DNA of 63,835 bases, filler included, from Licmophora abbreviata (taxonomy: Eukaryota), in NCBI GenBank assembly GCA_900291995.1. It is 31 parts of 31 records of this genome, joined end to end, with 100 filler letters (N's around TTAATTAATTAA, not from the genome) between each part and the next. Parts side by side here need not be neighbours in the genome. Positions count along the whole stretch, not along the records: positions 11,556 to 12,842 come from OLMU01006432.1; positions 12,943 to 13,952 come from OLMU01006433.1; positions 14,053 to 16,334 come from OLMU01006434.1; positions 16,435 to 18,695 come from OLMU01006435.1; positions 18,796 to 19,892 come from OLMU01006436.1; positions 19,993 to 21,147 come from OLMU01006437.1; positions 21,248 to 23,490 come from OLMU01006438.1; 24 more parts are not named here. One strand, 5' to 3'. Of this stretch, positions 11,556-23,590 are shown piece by piece. A model generated the notes under the pieces. It was not told the origin of the DNA. It saw nothing but the letters and a program-made list of their open reading frames with translations, and searched no databases. Position numbers and translations under genes: made by a program. How positions within the stretch are numbered: the first letter of the stretch is position 1; each line of letters opens with the position of its first letter.

Positions 11556-12842
11556 AACCTTTGTCAGTAACAAACAATTGGCAACAAGAGTGACCACGCG
11601 AAGACTTAGCTGCTTTCTTCGTCGCGAAAAACGTATCCATGAAGAAGTGTTCACTAAGCCTTGCGTATCGGAGCATCTTGTCGTTCGTTGCATAGTTGCG
11701 TGATAGGCTTGCGTTCGGCATCCTTGTAGAATTCTGGGAGGTGATTTCTAGGGTCCTCTTGGCCGAATCAAGGTCTATACGCCAGATCTTACTCAAGTGC
11801 TCTGCATCGACAGTTCTTCGGGACCTTGCATGTGCAGCACTAGCCATGAATTCATCAAGATCGTACATTGTAGGATCCAAAAGGTGTTCATCGCTTTGCA
11901 TCGATGCGTCGCTGTCGATACTTCTTGAGTCTTCGTCGGAGGTGATGTGATCAGTGGCATCGTCCAGTAAGTACTGTCCGACATCAGCCATTGTAGCACC
12001 CACCGACATCTTGAAGTGGCTCTCCGCGACCTTATGCTCCATACACGAACACATTCGCGACGGATCAAAGATGGGAGACACTTCAAACGGTTGCACCAGT
12101 CGCTCTCTATTCTTGCTACTCAGCAGTGAGGGAGCGTCCTTGAGGTTCAAATCAATTGCATCCGCTTCCACTTGGCTAATGAGAGCAGCAACCGAGATTC
12201 CTTCATCTTCTGGCACCTCCGCCAACAGTACCTGAACTCGATCCTTCTCTTGGATCATGTTTCCTTCCCAGTCAAGCATGCTCTCTTCATTTGTGGCATA
12301 CGCTTCTGAGTTGGGATCCCATCTCCCATTCGGTGTGAGCAGATAAACATCATCGGTCTCTTCTATCTGCTGAACCGTTGGAGCCGTCGTAGGGAAATAT
12401 GAGAATATTCCCCACAGCGATAAAGGGATGCGAAACTCGTGTCCAGGAAACACTATGGAGTGGTCTTCCTCCGTAGGATCCTTGACATGTATCTTCGGTA
12501 CTTCGTTGACGGTCAATCCTGCTTCACGCAGGACAAACGGCGGTATCAAGTTGTGATCCATGGAAGGCACATGTAGTGCATTCCGTACCAACAAAATGTA
12601 GTCTCTTCCGCTGTACGGATCAAAATACGCCAGTGCTGCATCAACAATCGGAACTTCGAGCGTATCGAGGTCCGGGCTGAAAGCACTAACGTCGGCTTTT
12701 CTCCCTGTACTTTGGAGAACAAGACAATGTTTTCCCACGACAACCATGTTGGCATGAGAATCCAGCTCAGTTCTGGAGTGAATCGGATCGACATGATCGT
12801 CATCATCGTCCCCAGAGCTCACAATATTGGAACCGATCATGC
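11556..12842 (-). mobile_element. Ty1/copia CoDi-like pol fragment (protease to start of integrase)
   Basis: Protease ELDSHANM; NLIPPFVLREAG; GIFSYFPT; integrase start FFMDTFF. Homologous to 16435-17864. Confidence 0.85.
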
Positions 12843-12942
12843 NNNNNNNNNNNNNNNNNNNNNNNNNNNNNNNNNNNNNNNNNNNNTTAATTAATTAANN
12901 NNNNNNNNNNNNNNNNNNNNNNNNNNNNNNNNNNNNNNNNNN

Positions 12943-13908
12943 ACGCGAGTACGTTCATTCGGGAGTTGGTACGCAATGTGCTCGGCGCACTGCTGAAGCA
13001 TCACAAACGCGTTGCGATGCTGTCCTACGAACTTCTCAAGAGCAAAGTTCGTCTGTCCTTTCCAGATGCGGTTATGCATCACTTCCTCCTGACGCTTCCG
13101 CTCACTTTCCCATTTATCCTCACCAGCATACTGGTTCTTGATCGCAAACAGAGCCGATCTACCATCCTTTGCACGTTGAAATGGCTTGAGCGACGACGCA
13201 TACTGCGTACTCCTCGTCGCTTCTTCGAGTGCATAGTAGACTTCGGCGTTGTCGTCTCGATACAATGGATGGTTGTGAGTTGCAAGAGCGATGAGCTCCA
13301 ACTCGACCGATCCATACATCTCACTGTTTGGTAGGTTGGGGGCAAGCGGCGGGATTGGCGGCGCAGGATTCACCTCCTCACGGGTCACATAAGCTAGTGG
13401 GATGTATCGCTTACCGATGCACCTGGTCAGGTGATCATCGAAAGCTTCAGCCCACATCGCACTTAAGTACCGGGAGTGCCTTGGTGATCTTCGGCACCTC
13501 TGGTGCCTCGTCTTTCTTGCGGTCTTTGAGCGCCTTGAACTGTTGCTGAAAGTTTCGGACAACAGGATCAAAGCGGATGTTGGCTTGCGTCAAAGCTCGT
13601 CCCGTATCTCGATAGTACCTCACGATGTTAGACACCGCCAGCATCCTCTGCTGTAACTTTGCACTAAAGATGTAGGGTTGGGTTGGGATGGTCGTACCAG
13701 GAGCCGCATTCGGGTCAGGGTTCGGCTCACGACCTCCCGGACGTCTCAAGTTCTCAGCCACCATCGACAGAGTGTCTTTCTCAAAGTCAACAAGGTCTCC
13801 TGGTGAGGAGATCCCCTCGTTGGCCAACTGATTCACTGTCCTCTGGGGAATACCCAACTGGTCAGCGTTCGTGAAGAACGCGGTAACCTGGGCCGCAGTC
13901 AATACCAT
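12943..13908 (-). mobile_element. Copia CoDi-like gag, disrupted by an apparent 7-nt insertion at 13455-13461
   Basis: Two ORFs join as ITKALPVLK|WAEAFDD when TGCGATG is removed. C-terminal part (HNRIWKG..FALEK..HRNAFV..YQLPNE) matches the gag at 17865-18695. Confidence 0.8.
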
Positions 13909-14434
13909 CTCGACGTCGCTCTTCTGGCAAAGTAAGAATGGGTCTGATAAACNNNNNNNNNNNNNNNNNNNNNNNNNNNNNNNNNNNNNNNNNNNNTTAA
14001 TTAATTAANNNNNNNNNNNNNNNNNNNNNNNNNNNNNNNNNNNNNNNNNNNNTGCTTGTTCCCTCGCCCTCCGAGATGCCACCGTCGCTGGATCTTCTAC
14101 TTTTGCTACGTTTGGAATGACGTCTGCGCACTTGAAGTTCAACTCGGAGGATCGCGGATGCAATAGATTTTTAAAGTTCTTTTCTAATATGCGTAATACG
14201 AGAACGTGGTCCTTTGTTTTTTTAAAAATGTACCGTATACTCCGGTAGGACCTGCACATTATGTGTTAGATGTCAAACTTGCAAGGCTAGTTTAGTTGTC
14301 TTGGCCATGGCTTGGGACGGCGGCCCTCAAGATGTCCGAAGATCAGGTGAGGCTGTGTAATATGCAAGATTCAACTCATATTGCTGGATGGCTGTGCAAC
14401 ATGGATGCGGTGATATGCTCAACGCTATTATACA

Positions 14435-14773
14435 TTGGAAGAGCGACCTTTCACAGGCAATACATATGGACGCACCCCCAACGACAAAATGTATGAGTTT
14501 TATATGGATAAACCACGGGCAGGAGTTTTCGGAGTTGGTTGCGAAGATGATGCTGTGCACGAAACGATTCTGACCAATACGATAGAAGCGTGTCGGCAGG
14601 CTGATACTGTGAAACATGTTGTAGTGATTGAGGCACCTGGTACTCCACCCTCGCTTGACTCGTCTCGATTGTCATTCACCTATGTGCGAATACAAGGAAA
14701 GTTAGAAAGCTTCCCGGACTACACATACATCAAGGGATTTCAGGGTGAGCTGCAGTTTTACACTAGCTGGTGA
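14435..14773 (+). pseudogene. Possible degenerate gene fragment of unknown function
   Basis: Protein-like 112-aa stretch with no clear ATG and an abrupt end. Confidence 0.25.
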
Positions 14774-15270
14774 CTAGGAGTAGTGTTTTAACTTCAGAGA
14801 ACCGTTTTAAAAAATTATCAATTGTTAGCGAATTCGCGAATTCGTAGTATGCATACGTCACGTCGCATCGAATGCTTTCTAAATCGAAGCTCATAGCCTT
14901 TGCGTATTCATGAATTGTATAAGGCACCATACCACAATAGCAAAAATATGATATATTGAATGGACACAGATGTGTCAACTGATAAGTGCTAAAACATAAT
15001 GACTTTCTCTCACAATCCGTTGTGCCTTCCAAATTTTTTAGCCTGGATGATATCTTTGATGGGCTACGTGCGTACGAATATATCGTCGTATTTAGTTACG
15101 GTGGGAGCACGTATCATAGGAAGAGACGGAGCTGCGCACCTCTCGTGAACCTCAACTTCAAATTGCGTTTTGCATCGCATACAGCTATACCAGGGATTGT
15201 CTCTAAGACACTACCTGTACCAACCTCTTGAACAGAGACGTCTTGGGAGCACAGTAACTGAGAGAACGCC

Positions 15271-16334
15271 ATGATCCGACTTGCGGTTCTCATGCTTGTG
15301 GGACTTTGCGTCCTTGGAGCATACGCTCACGGGCCTCACGATACTATCTTGGCCTTGGCTGTTTCTGAAACAGGAAACAACGTGTACGCCGTTGTGAGAG
15401 GAGTCCTTTTTGCCTCCTCGGACGGCGGACAAACTTGGATCATGCTTCGCGAATGCGCAACTATTTCCTACTTGGCTGTCTCTCCCAGCGAGACACTCTA
15501 TCTCATGGAGCCTGGGGGAGGCGGGGCTTCTGTGTCTCGGACGACCGATCTGGTTCATTGGGAGTCTCTACCGATCAGTCCTTGCACCGCTTCTTTCACT
15601 ACCTCGGCATCCTACCCCGGGAGAAAAACTTTGCTTCGTCGAACTACTTTTGTCGCCGAAGGACGAGCCCTCATCGCCGGCAAGAGAGGAGTCCTGCACA
15701 AGGAACTCGTCGATGGAAGTTTTTCCTCGATCAACGCCGGTCTTGGTTCTTGTCCAGCTCTTGCCGCAGTGGACGCGACTGACACCGTATACGCTGGAGG
15801 ATCTAAGGGCCTAATGCTCTCGACAGATGGCGGGATCACCTGGGAAATGATTATCGCAATGGAAGACATTAACCAAGTTGTGGCAAAAGGAGGTGAAGTC
15901 TTCGTCATGACAACCGACGCTGTCTGCCGCATGAATGCTCTGAACGAATGTGTCAGCGTAAACCTTCCCGCCGTCGAGATAGATTTGCAGAAGAAGAACG
16001 ACGAGCCCTCTCCCCCGACCGATATTGACTATTATAACGGAACTCTGTTTGTCCTGCGACGCAACTCCTATGCGATCTTTTTCACGAATGATTTTGGAGC
16101 AACGTGGAACAATCGCGGATCTTTCCTCGAGTTCTTATGGGAAGGTGAAATCAGACGCACGGGCCAGAGGATAAAATACCAAGATTTCACGCATGTGGAT
16201 AATGGAGTCGTCGGAACCTTCTATGGACTGCATTCGACGGAGAATGGTGGAGTCTCATGGACTTATCATCCAACGATCAACACAATTATTACCACGCTAA
16301 GTCTTTCCGGTGGAGCTTCAGCCGGGGAATTCCA
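15271..16334 (+). CDS. Secreted BNR/Asp-box beta-propeller protein (3' truncated)
   Basis: Signal peptide; Asp-boxes SSDGGQTW, STDGGITW, TNDFGATW, STENGGVSW. Confidence 0.8.
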
Positions 16335-16434
16335 NNNNNNNNNNNNNNNNNNNNNNNNNNNNNNNNNNNNNNNNNNNNTTAATTAATTAANNNNNNNNNN
16401 NNNNNNNNNNNNNNNNNNNNNNNNNNNNNNNNNN

Positions 16435-18695
16435 GTAACGAAGAGTTGACAGCAAGTGTTTCCTCTGGACGATTTTCCTGCCTTCCTCGTCGCGAAGAAG
16501 GTATCCATGAAGAACCACTCATTGATTCTTTTGTATCGCAGCATGCGATCGTTGGTTCCATAGTTACGGGAAAGCTTGGGGTCATCAGTGCGACGATTGT
16601 TTTGCGAGGTAACTTCAAGGGTACGCCGAGCCTGGTCGACGTCAATACGCCAGATTTTCGACAGATGCTCGGCGTCGACTCCCTTGGGTTTCCTTGCATG
16701 GGTGGCACTCGCCATAATGTCATCCAAGTCAATCGTCCCGTTGATGACACCATCATTTACCCGTTCAAATAGATCATCTTCTGTGTATTCATCCATATCG
16801 GTGCTTGGAGCGGCTGTGGCATCCTCGTCTTGTAGAAACTTGCCACCCTTTGCGTCCGTCGAGCCAATAGACGCCCCGAATCTTCCGAGTTCCGCTCGTG
16901 TAGATAATCGATCGTAAAGGATCTGGTCAACTAGCAGTGGAGATACTTCTGCCAGTACTCTGTTGACCTCATCAGCAGCACCAGGGACAGGATTGGAATG
17001 CTCGTCCTGTTTCCCTTCTTCTTCGTCGACGGTCTCTAACAATGTCGTGCTAGCGGCTAAACCTTCGACGGTTGAAACGGCATAGGCGGAAGCCATCTCT
17101 GCATCTTCTTCAATCTCATTCAGAAAAATGGTCTGCCTATGTTGTTTCGCGATCATGTTCCCTTCCCAATCGGTCATGAGGTCCTCATTCTGGGCGAAAG
17201 CTTCATCGTGAGGATTGAATCGATTGGGAGTGAGCATGTATACATTATCCGATCCCTTCAACTCCTCTACCGTCGGCTTACGGGTTGGGAAGTAGGAGAA
17301 GATTCCCCAAAGCTTGAGTGGGATTCGGAAACTTGTCTCTGGAAATTCGATTGCATGATTGGTTACGGTTGCATCGTTCACCTGTATCTTCGGTACTTCA
17401 CACACTTGTATTCCCTTCTCTCTCATAATGAAGGGCGGAATTAGATTATTCTTCATCGCTGGGACGGACAACGCATTCCGTATCACCAAGATATAATCTG
17501 TTCCAGTGTATGGGCACGAGTATAACAATGCGGCATCAACAATCGGAATCTCCCTTGTCTCGTATTCCGGAGTGTATGGGGCAACTATCGCCGTTTCATT
17601 TGTGTCGGACAGAATGAATGCGTTGCTCCCAACTACCGGCATGTTGGCGTGCGAGTCAAACTCTGTCCTCGTCAAATATGCTCCTTCCGTACTCTCCTCT
17701 CCTCTGACGGGGACATCTAGTTGGACGTCAGCGTCAGCGAGGCAGATGAAGCGTGACAGGTAAGAATTAACATGCACGTGGGGACCCACACCGGGGTCCC
17801 AGGTTCGACCCGTCTGTGGCCTATCGGTCTCCTCCATCGCAGAGACCGAGGCCGACGGGCCGAGTCAAGAGTTCTGCGAGCGACGCAGAATGGACTTGAG
17901 AAAGTTCCTGCTGGTTGTGCCTGCGACATCACTGACAGTGGTCTTTGGAGGGGTAGGATTGGCAGCGGGCGCTCCTGCCATCTCTTGAATAACTTGCATG
18001 ACAAAGCCCTTTGCTTCCGTCTCCTCCTTGTCTTGTTTGGCGGCCTCTTTCAGCTTTTCATCCACTTGCTTGGCGACCGCCGCCGCGATTGCCTTGCTAG
18101 TTTCGGATTTCTGCTTCTTGCCTCCTTTAGTCTTGCTGGCCTTCGTCGCGGCTTGTCCAGCCTCTGTCTTCCTCCATTCGCGAAGCTCCTCTTTCGCTTC
18201 CTTGGATAGTTTGACGTACTCGCTGTGCGTATGGAAACGCAAGTCTACGCCTGTCTTGGGTCCCTTTCCTGAACGAAGGCTGAGAGAGCCAATGTCACAC
18301 TCTTCATTCGCTCCCCAGGTCACGCTTGCATTCGTGCCGGAGATCTGAGCCGCTTCCCTCTTACCGGGTGCCTTGATGAGCTTCTTAGCGACAGGATCAG
18401 CTGGTAGGAGGGTGGCTACCGTGTTCTCAAAGCTTTCACGGAGTCCTCCCGGTGCTTTGTCCGCTCGCACGCTCGCCATAGCTGCTTGGAGCTCTGCATC
18501 CGTGGTCTCGATGCTGTTCAGGAGGTATCCAACCCTGGTATGATCGTTCGGGAGTTGGTAGGGAACGTGGTTACTCGCTGCTTCCATCTGCACAAATGCA
18601 TTGCGATGGGCATTGCAATGCTTTTCCAAGGTAAAACTGCCGTTACCCCTCCATTTTTGATTGTGGAGCAACGCGTCTTGTTTCGTTAGCTCGGC
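16435..18695 (-). mobile_element. Ty1/copia CoDi-like element: gag C-terminus, in-frame UGA, then pol (protease to integrase start)
   Basis: gag 18695-17865 and pol 17864-16435 share one frame; EFDSHANM, GIFSYFPT, FFMDTFF. Confidence 0.9.
17781..17867 (-). promoter_or_regulatory. Candidate stop-codon readthrough element (UGA-CUC plus two stem-loops)
   Basis: TGA at 17867-17865; three-segment stem over 17863-17805; second 7-bp hairpin over 17800-17781. Confidence 0.6.
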
Positions 18696-18795
18696 NNNNN
18701 NNNNNNNNNNNNNNNNNNNNNNNNNNNNNNNNNNNNNNNTTAATTAATTAANNNNNNNNNNNNNNNNNNNNNNNNNNNNNNNNNNNNNNNNNNNN

Positions 18796-19892
18796 ACTCA
18801 CGGTACCCCTCGGGAAGAGTGACAACGTATCGACCTTTTATCTTGCGCCAGGATACGAGAAGTTCAAAGCATTTGTCGCAAAGACAGGGACCTCGACAGA
18901 GTCGGAGGATCACGAACCGATGATCCTGTGCCAGGAGACGAATGTCATTAGCGACGACGAAGATGATGAGAATGACATCACTGAGCCGTCACCAGTACCA
19001 GAATCACATCAATGGAGACGACCTCAGCGGAATCGAGAGGCGTCACCCGATAGGAATGAGGAGCAACCGACAGAGGTAGACTTCGAGATGAAGGGTACTC
19101 CCGACTCAGAGGGAGCTACAGCACCGAACATTGTCGAAGAGGAGGAGGACCTGCAGCCGACGAACACTGCCGCAGAGTTACTCCGCTACCACCAGCAGTT
19201 CGGCCATTCACCTATGTCAAAGATCCAGCTGATGGCGAAGAAAGGGATGCTTCCTCGGAGACTGGCGAACTGTCCCATACCGGTGTGCTCGTCATGCGCA
19301 TACGCCAAGGCAACGAAGAGAAAGTGGAGAGACAAGACCCGCAAGCGGGATCGCGATGAGGTGGAGTCTCCCACGCAGCCTGGGCAAGTCGTATCAGTAG
19401 ACCAGATGGTCTCGCCAACTCCAGGATTGATAGCCCAGATGACAGGCTTCCTCACGACGAAGAGGTACAAGTACGCGACGGTGTACGTAGACCAGTACTC
19501 CAGGCTTGGATACGTCTATCTCCAGAGAACAGCCGACGCGGAAGAGACCCTGCTCGGTAAGAAAGCCTTCGAGCAGTACGCAAAGTCGCACGGCATTGAA
19601 GTCAAGGCGTACCACGCCGACAATGGAATCTTCAAGGCAAAGGCATGGGTGCAGGAGTGCAGGACGAAAGGACAGGGACTCACCTTTGCAGGCGTCAATG
19701 CTCATCACCAGAACGGAGTTGCAGAGCGAAGCATCAGGGAGCTCCAGGACATGTCACGCACCATGCTCATCCACGCGACCAGAAGGTGGCCGGACACGGT
19801 AACTGCTAACCTGTGGCCATACGCATTGCGCATGGCCAAACGCATTGCGCATGGCCAACGATGCGATCAATGAGACACCAAGCCTTCAGCAT
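18796..19892 (+). mobile_element. Ty1/copia integrase fragment of a second lineage
   Basis: HHCC (YHQQFGH...CSSC) and DDE (VSVDQ, HADNG, GVAER); a 19-nt tandem duplication frameshifts the end. Confidence 0.9.
19821..19858 (+). repeat. Perfect 19-nt tandem duplication
   Basis: ACGCATTGCGCATGGCCAA twice; removing one copy restores YALRMANDAINETP. Confidence 0.9.
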
Positions 19893-19992
19893 NNNNNNNN
19901 NNNNNNNNNNNNNNNNNNNNNNNNNNNNNNNNNNNNTTAATTAATTAANNNNNNNNNNNNNNNNNNNNNNNNNNNNNNNNNNNNNNNNNNNN

Positions 19993-21141
19993 AGAAATGT
20001 CTATGGAGCCCATGATGCAGGAAGAACCTGGAACCAATACTTGGTCAAGAAGCTGACAAGTAAGGAGGTCGGCTTCAAGCAATCGAAGGTAGACGAATGT
20101 GTGTTCTACAGAGGTAAAGTCATGTATGTACTCTACACAGACGACAGCCTCATAGCAGGACCTGATGAGGAAGAGCTCAATCAGGTAGTGAAGGATATTG
20201 AGAAGGCTGGATTGAATATAACAATCGAGGGGGACATACAAGACTTCTTGGGTGTCAACATTGATCAAAAGGACAAAGGAGAAGTGCATCTCACACAACC
20301 TCACTTGATCGACCAGATCCTGAAAGATTTGCGTTTGGACGGTGACAACGTGAAAGCAAAGGATACACCAGCGGCATCGTCAAAGCTCCTGTCACGTCAC
20401 AGCGATTCGGAACCATTCGATGGGTCGTTCAACTATCGATCAGTGATTGGCAAGATGAACTACCTTGTGGCAGGGAGTAGAAGCGACATTGCCTATGCAG
20501 TACACCAGTGTGCAAGGTTCTCAGCTAATCCGAAGAAGGAACATGGAGTTGCAGTCCGATGGATAGGGCGATATCTGAAAGGGACTCGTCATAAAGGTAC
20601 GATTATGCGGCCTGATTTGCAACAGAGTTTTGATGTATATGTTGATGCAGACTTTGCAGGAAACTGGGACCGGAAAGAAGCGGCCGTTGACCAAGGCACC
20701 GCACGATCACGACACGGATACGTAATTTTCTATGCAGGTTGTCCAATCGTATGGAAATCACAGCTACAAACTGAGATTTGCCTGAGTTCTACAGAGAGTG
20801 AATACACAGGTCTGTCTTATGCGTTACGCGACGCTATCCCCATCATGGAACTACTCAAGGAGCTCAAGAAGATGAAATTCCCTATCAAGTCTCCCAATCC
20901 AAAGGTACATTGCAAGGTATTTGAAGACAACAGTGGTGCTTTAGAAATGGCAAAGACGCACAAGTACCGCCCTCGCACGAAACATCTGAATGTCAAGCTA
21001 CACCACTTTCGCGACTACGTCACTCGCGGCGAAATCTCGATCCACCCCATTGACACAACAGAGCAACGAGCCGACTACCTCACCAAACCAGTGAATGAGT
21101 CTATCATGTCCCTCTTACGACATATAGTAATGGGATGGTAG
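19993..21141 (+). mobile_element. Ty1/copia RT C-terminus and RNase H
   Basis: LYTDD, YVDADFAG, SSTESEY, FEDNSGA, ADYLTK; uninterrupted ORF. Confidence 0.95.
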
Positions 21142-22656
21142 TTAGTGNNNNNNNNNNNNNNNNNNNNNNNNNNNNNNNNNNNNNNNNNNNNTTAATTAAT
21201 TAANNNNNNNNNNNNNNNNNNNNNNNNNNNNNNNNNNNNNNNNNNNNTAATAGTTTTTAAGTGCCCACCCGCATCCACCCGGTGCAGCTACCTGGCACTA
21301 CGGTCAGGTAGCTAGGTGGTGGCGCATACGCCATCGTAAATCTCCGATTACCACCATGTGCGTCCTTCCTCTCTAACTTAGCAGGTATTCACCGATCGCG
21401 CGTACCACGCGCGAACATGCTTAGATTGAGGTCGGACGAGGGAACACGGACTAGCCGAAGCGGCGTGAGCCGCCATCGCGATGTGTCTTGTTTGTGTGTG
21501 TGTGTGTCCATGGTTGTATCGGGCGTTACTCGTATCGTACCGGGTAAGTACCAGGTATAGTACTCGTATGAGTGAATGAATCGAATCAAATACCGGTACG
21601 ACTCAAGCCCCCAAAAATACCGCGCCGGCGAGAAAAAGCTCATCTCGTGACGTCGCGTCGTGATGGCGCCGTTGACCATGGAGAAATGACTTTTTTTGCG
21701 CTTGAACGGCCCTCTCCGGACCTCTCCACCCCTGCACGCCTTCCTTATTAACCGCCATTGAGTGTCTCGAACATCGGAAGCAAGATATTCACTCTACTTC
21801 CCTCGAAATGTGGATCGCGAGTAGTACCGACTCTACGGGGACCTCCAATGATGGCGCTCCGCCATGGCTTTCCTACATTTTCCAACACCGTGACACGACC
21901 AGGCAGTGCGGATGATGGAAGAGTGCGACCGTAGACGACTGTGGGATCTGCGAAGGCTCGCTGACATGATGATTTGTGCGAAGGTTACAGCACCCGTTGC
22001 GTGACAAAGGCCGAGAAGCTTCCTGGAGCAGTGTCATCATGTCCAGCTGTCTCCGTGTCGACCCACCACACGAAGGGTCACATTTGAGACAGACGCTGGT
22101 CGGGTCGTGCTTGTTCAGTGTCTTGGACATCAAAGAGAACCAATTAATTGGACGTTTGGCAATGCGAATCTAGCTCTGTGTGCGCGCCATATCGACGGCG
22201 GAGTGTCTGCAGAATGGATGGAACAGGGTGCGTGGCTGTAACGGGTCCTCATTCCATAGGCGACATTCATTCGACTATGCTGGGGATTGTACTCCACCAC
22301 CATGACGACGAGGGGGAATTTGTATGAATGTATTGCCGCACTTTTGGATGGGTATCAGCGAACGAAGCGGGGACACAAAGCATTACACGAGCTACGTGCT
22401 CGGAAGGCAGAAGAGTGAGCGCAACACAACGACGTAGAGAGCTACTTAGACTGAAGACGGCAATTGTACATTCAGAGCACTATTTACTACTATCCTCGTG
22501 GTTGTAGTGATCTACTGCGGCCGTAAGGAAACTGTCGTAGCGATTCCAATTATGTGATGAAACTTAAATGAGCAGACGGCATGTATTTTTACCACAGCGT
22601 ACTAGCTTGTCGTGCATCACATATATATGTAGTGTGTATCGTGGGGTTGGTAGGCT

Positions 22657-23286
22657 CTAACACGCCACTTCCGCATCCGCTGGCGCCTCGACGTTGGCCG
22701 AGACCTCGAGATCCTGGAGCGAGGGCTTTGCGATCGGCTGCTCCGACATCACCTCCTGCGATGCCTCCATCATTTCCTCTTCCTTTTCCATGAAACGAGG
22801 TTCAGGAGTCGTCGCGTCTTCCACGTGCGCCTTGAAGATACTGGCAATGTACATGATCTGCAGCGGAACTTGAACGGCAGCAGCAATGCCGATGAACTGG
22901 GACCTGCCGCTGAGACCACTCACCACATCGTCACGCCTGTCGATCTCCCACTGCTTGGCAGCGTATCCCATGACAAGCATATCAAGCATGCAGGCAATCA
23001 CTCCCACACCGATGCCCACCAAGCGTGAGGCGTGGTTCCATTCCTTGACGTGCAGCATACCGGCAAAGGCGGAAGCGACACCGATCATGCTGACAATGAG
23101 CGTAGTCTGGACGAGAATCGGGGTAGCAGCGTTCTCATCGTCGACAAGATCCACGACTCTACCGTCGACCATGGCGTTGAGACGGTCGTTCACCGAGATC
23201 CCGCCTGTGACAGCTCGAGCTGCGTACAGACCTAGACTCAACAACGCGAGTCCTCCAACGGGAGTTTTCATCGAACGCGACGACAT
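22657..23286 (-). CDS. AWPM-19/PM19-like four-helix membrane protein
   Basis: 209 aa from ATG 23286; NAAT...IGVASAFAGMLHVKEW...S...MGYAAKQ resembles the plant pattern NxAT...VGxAS..AG.HH...W..S...FGLACKE (recognised by eye). Confidence 0.6.
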   Translation of the reverse strand: MSSRSMKTPVGGLALLSLGLYAARAVTGGISVNDRLNAMVDGRVVDLVDDENAATPILVQTTLIVSMIGVASAFAGMLHVKEWNHASRLVGIGVGVIACMLDMLVMGYAAKQWEIDRRDDVVSGLSGRSQFIGIAAAVQVPLQIMYIASIFKAHVEDATTPEPRFMEKEEEMMEASQEVMSEQPIAKPSLQDLEVSANVEAPADAEVAC

Positions 23287-23590
23287 GTTTCGTTTTCTGT
23301 TTCGAAGAACAAGAGAAGCGCATTCTGTGCCGCTCCGTGTGTCAATCTTGCCCAAGCATCAATGCTTGACACTGTGACACTCTTCGGAGTTTCCCTTCGC
23401 GGGTTTGATTGAGAATCGAATCATTTCATCATTTCGACCGTGTCACACATTCAAAATGTCATGACAGTTCCGAGTCGAGTGGGTCGGAGANNNNNNNNNN
23501 NNNNNNNNNNNNNNNNNNNNNNNNNNNNNNNNNNTTAATTAATTAANNNNNNNNNNNNNNNNNNNNNNNNNNNNNNNNNNNNNNNNNNNN

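Noticed and set aside
17865..17867. UGA as a selenocysteine codon
   Set aside because: It sits in a gag-pol linker with no redox motif, and the adjacent stem lacks an obvious SECIS core; generic readthrough is simpler.
21286..21313. AGCTACCTG/CAGGTAGCT hairpin as a Helitron end or ncRNA
   Set aside because: Isolated, with no supporting terminus spacing or second copy.
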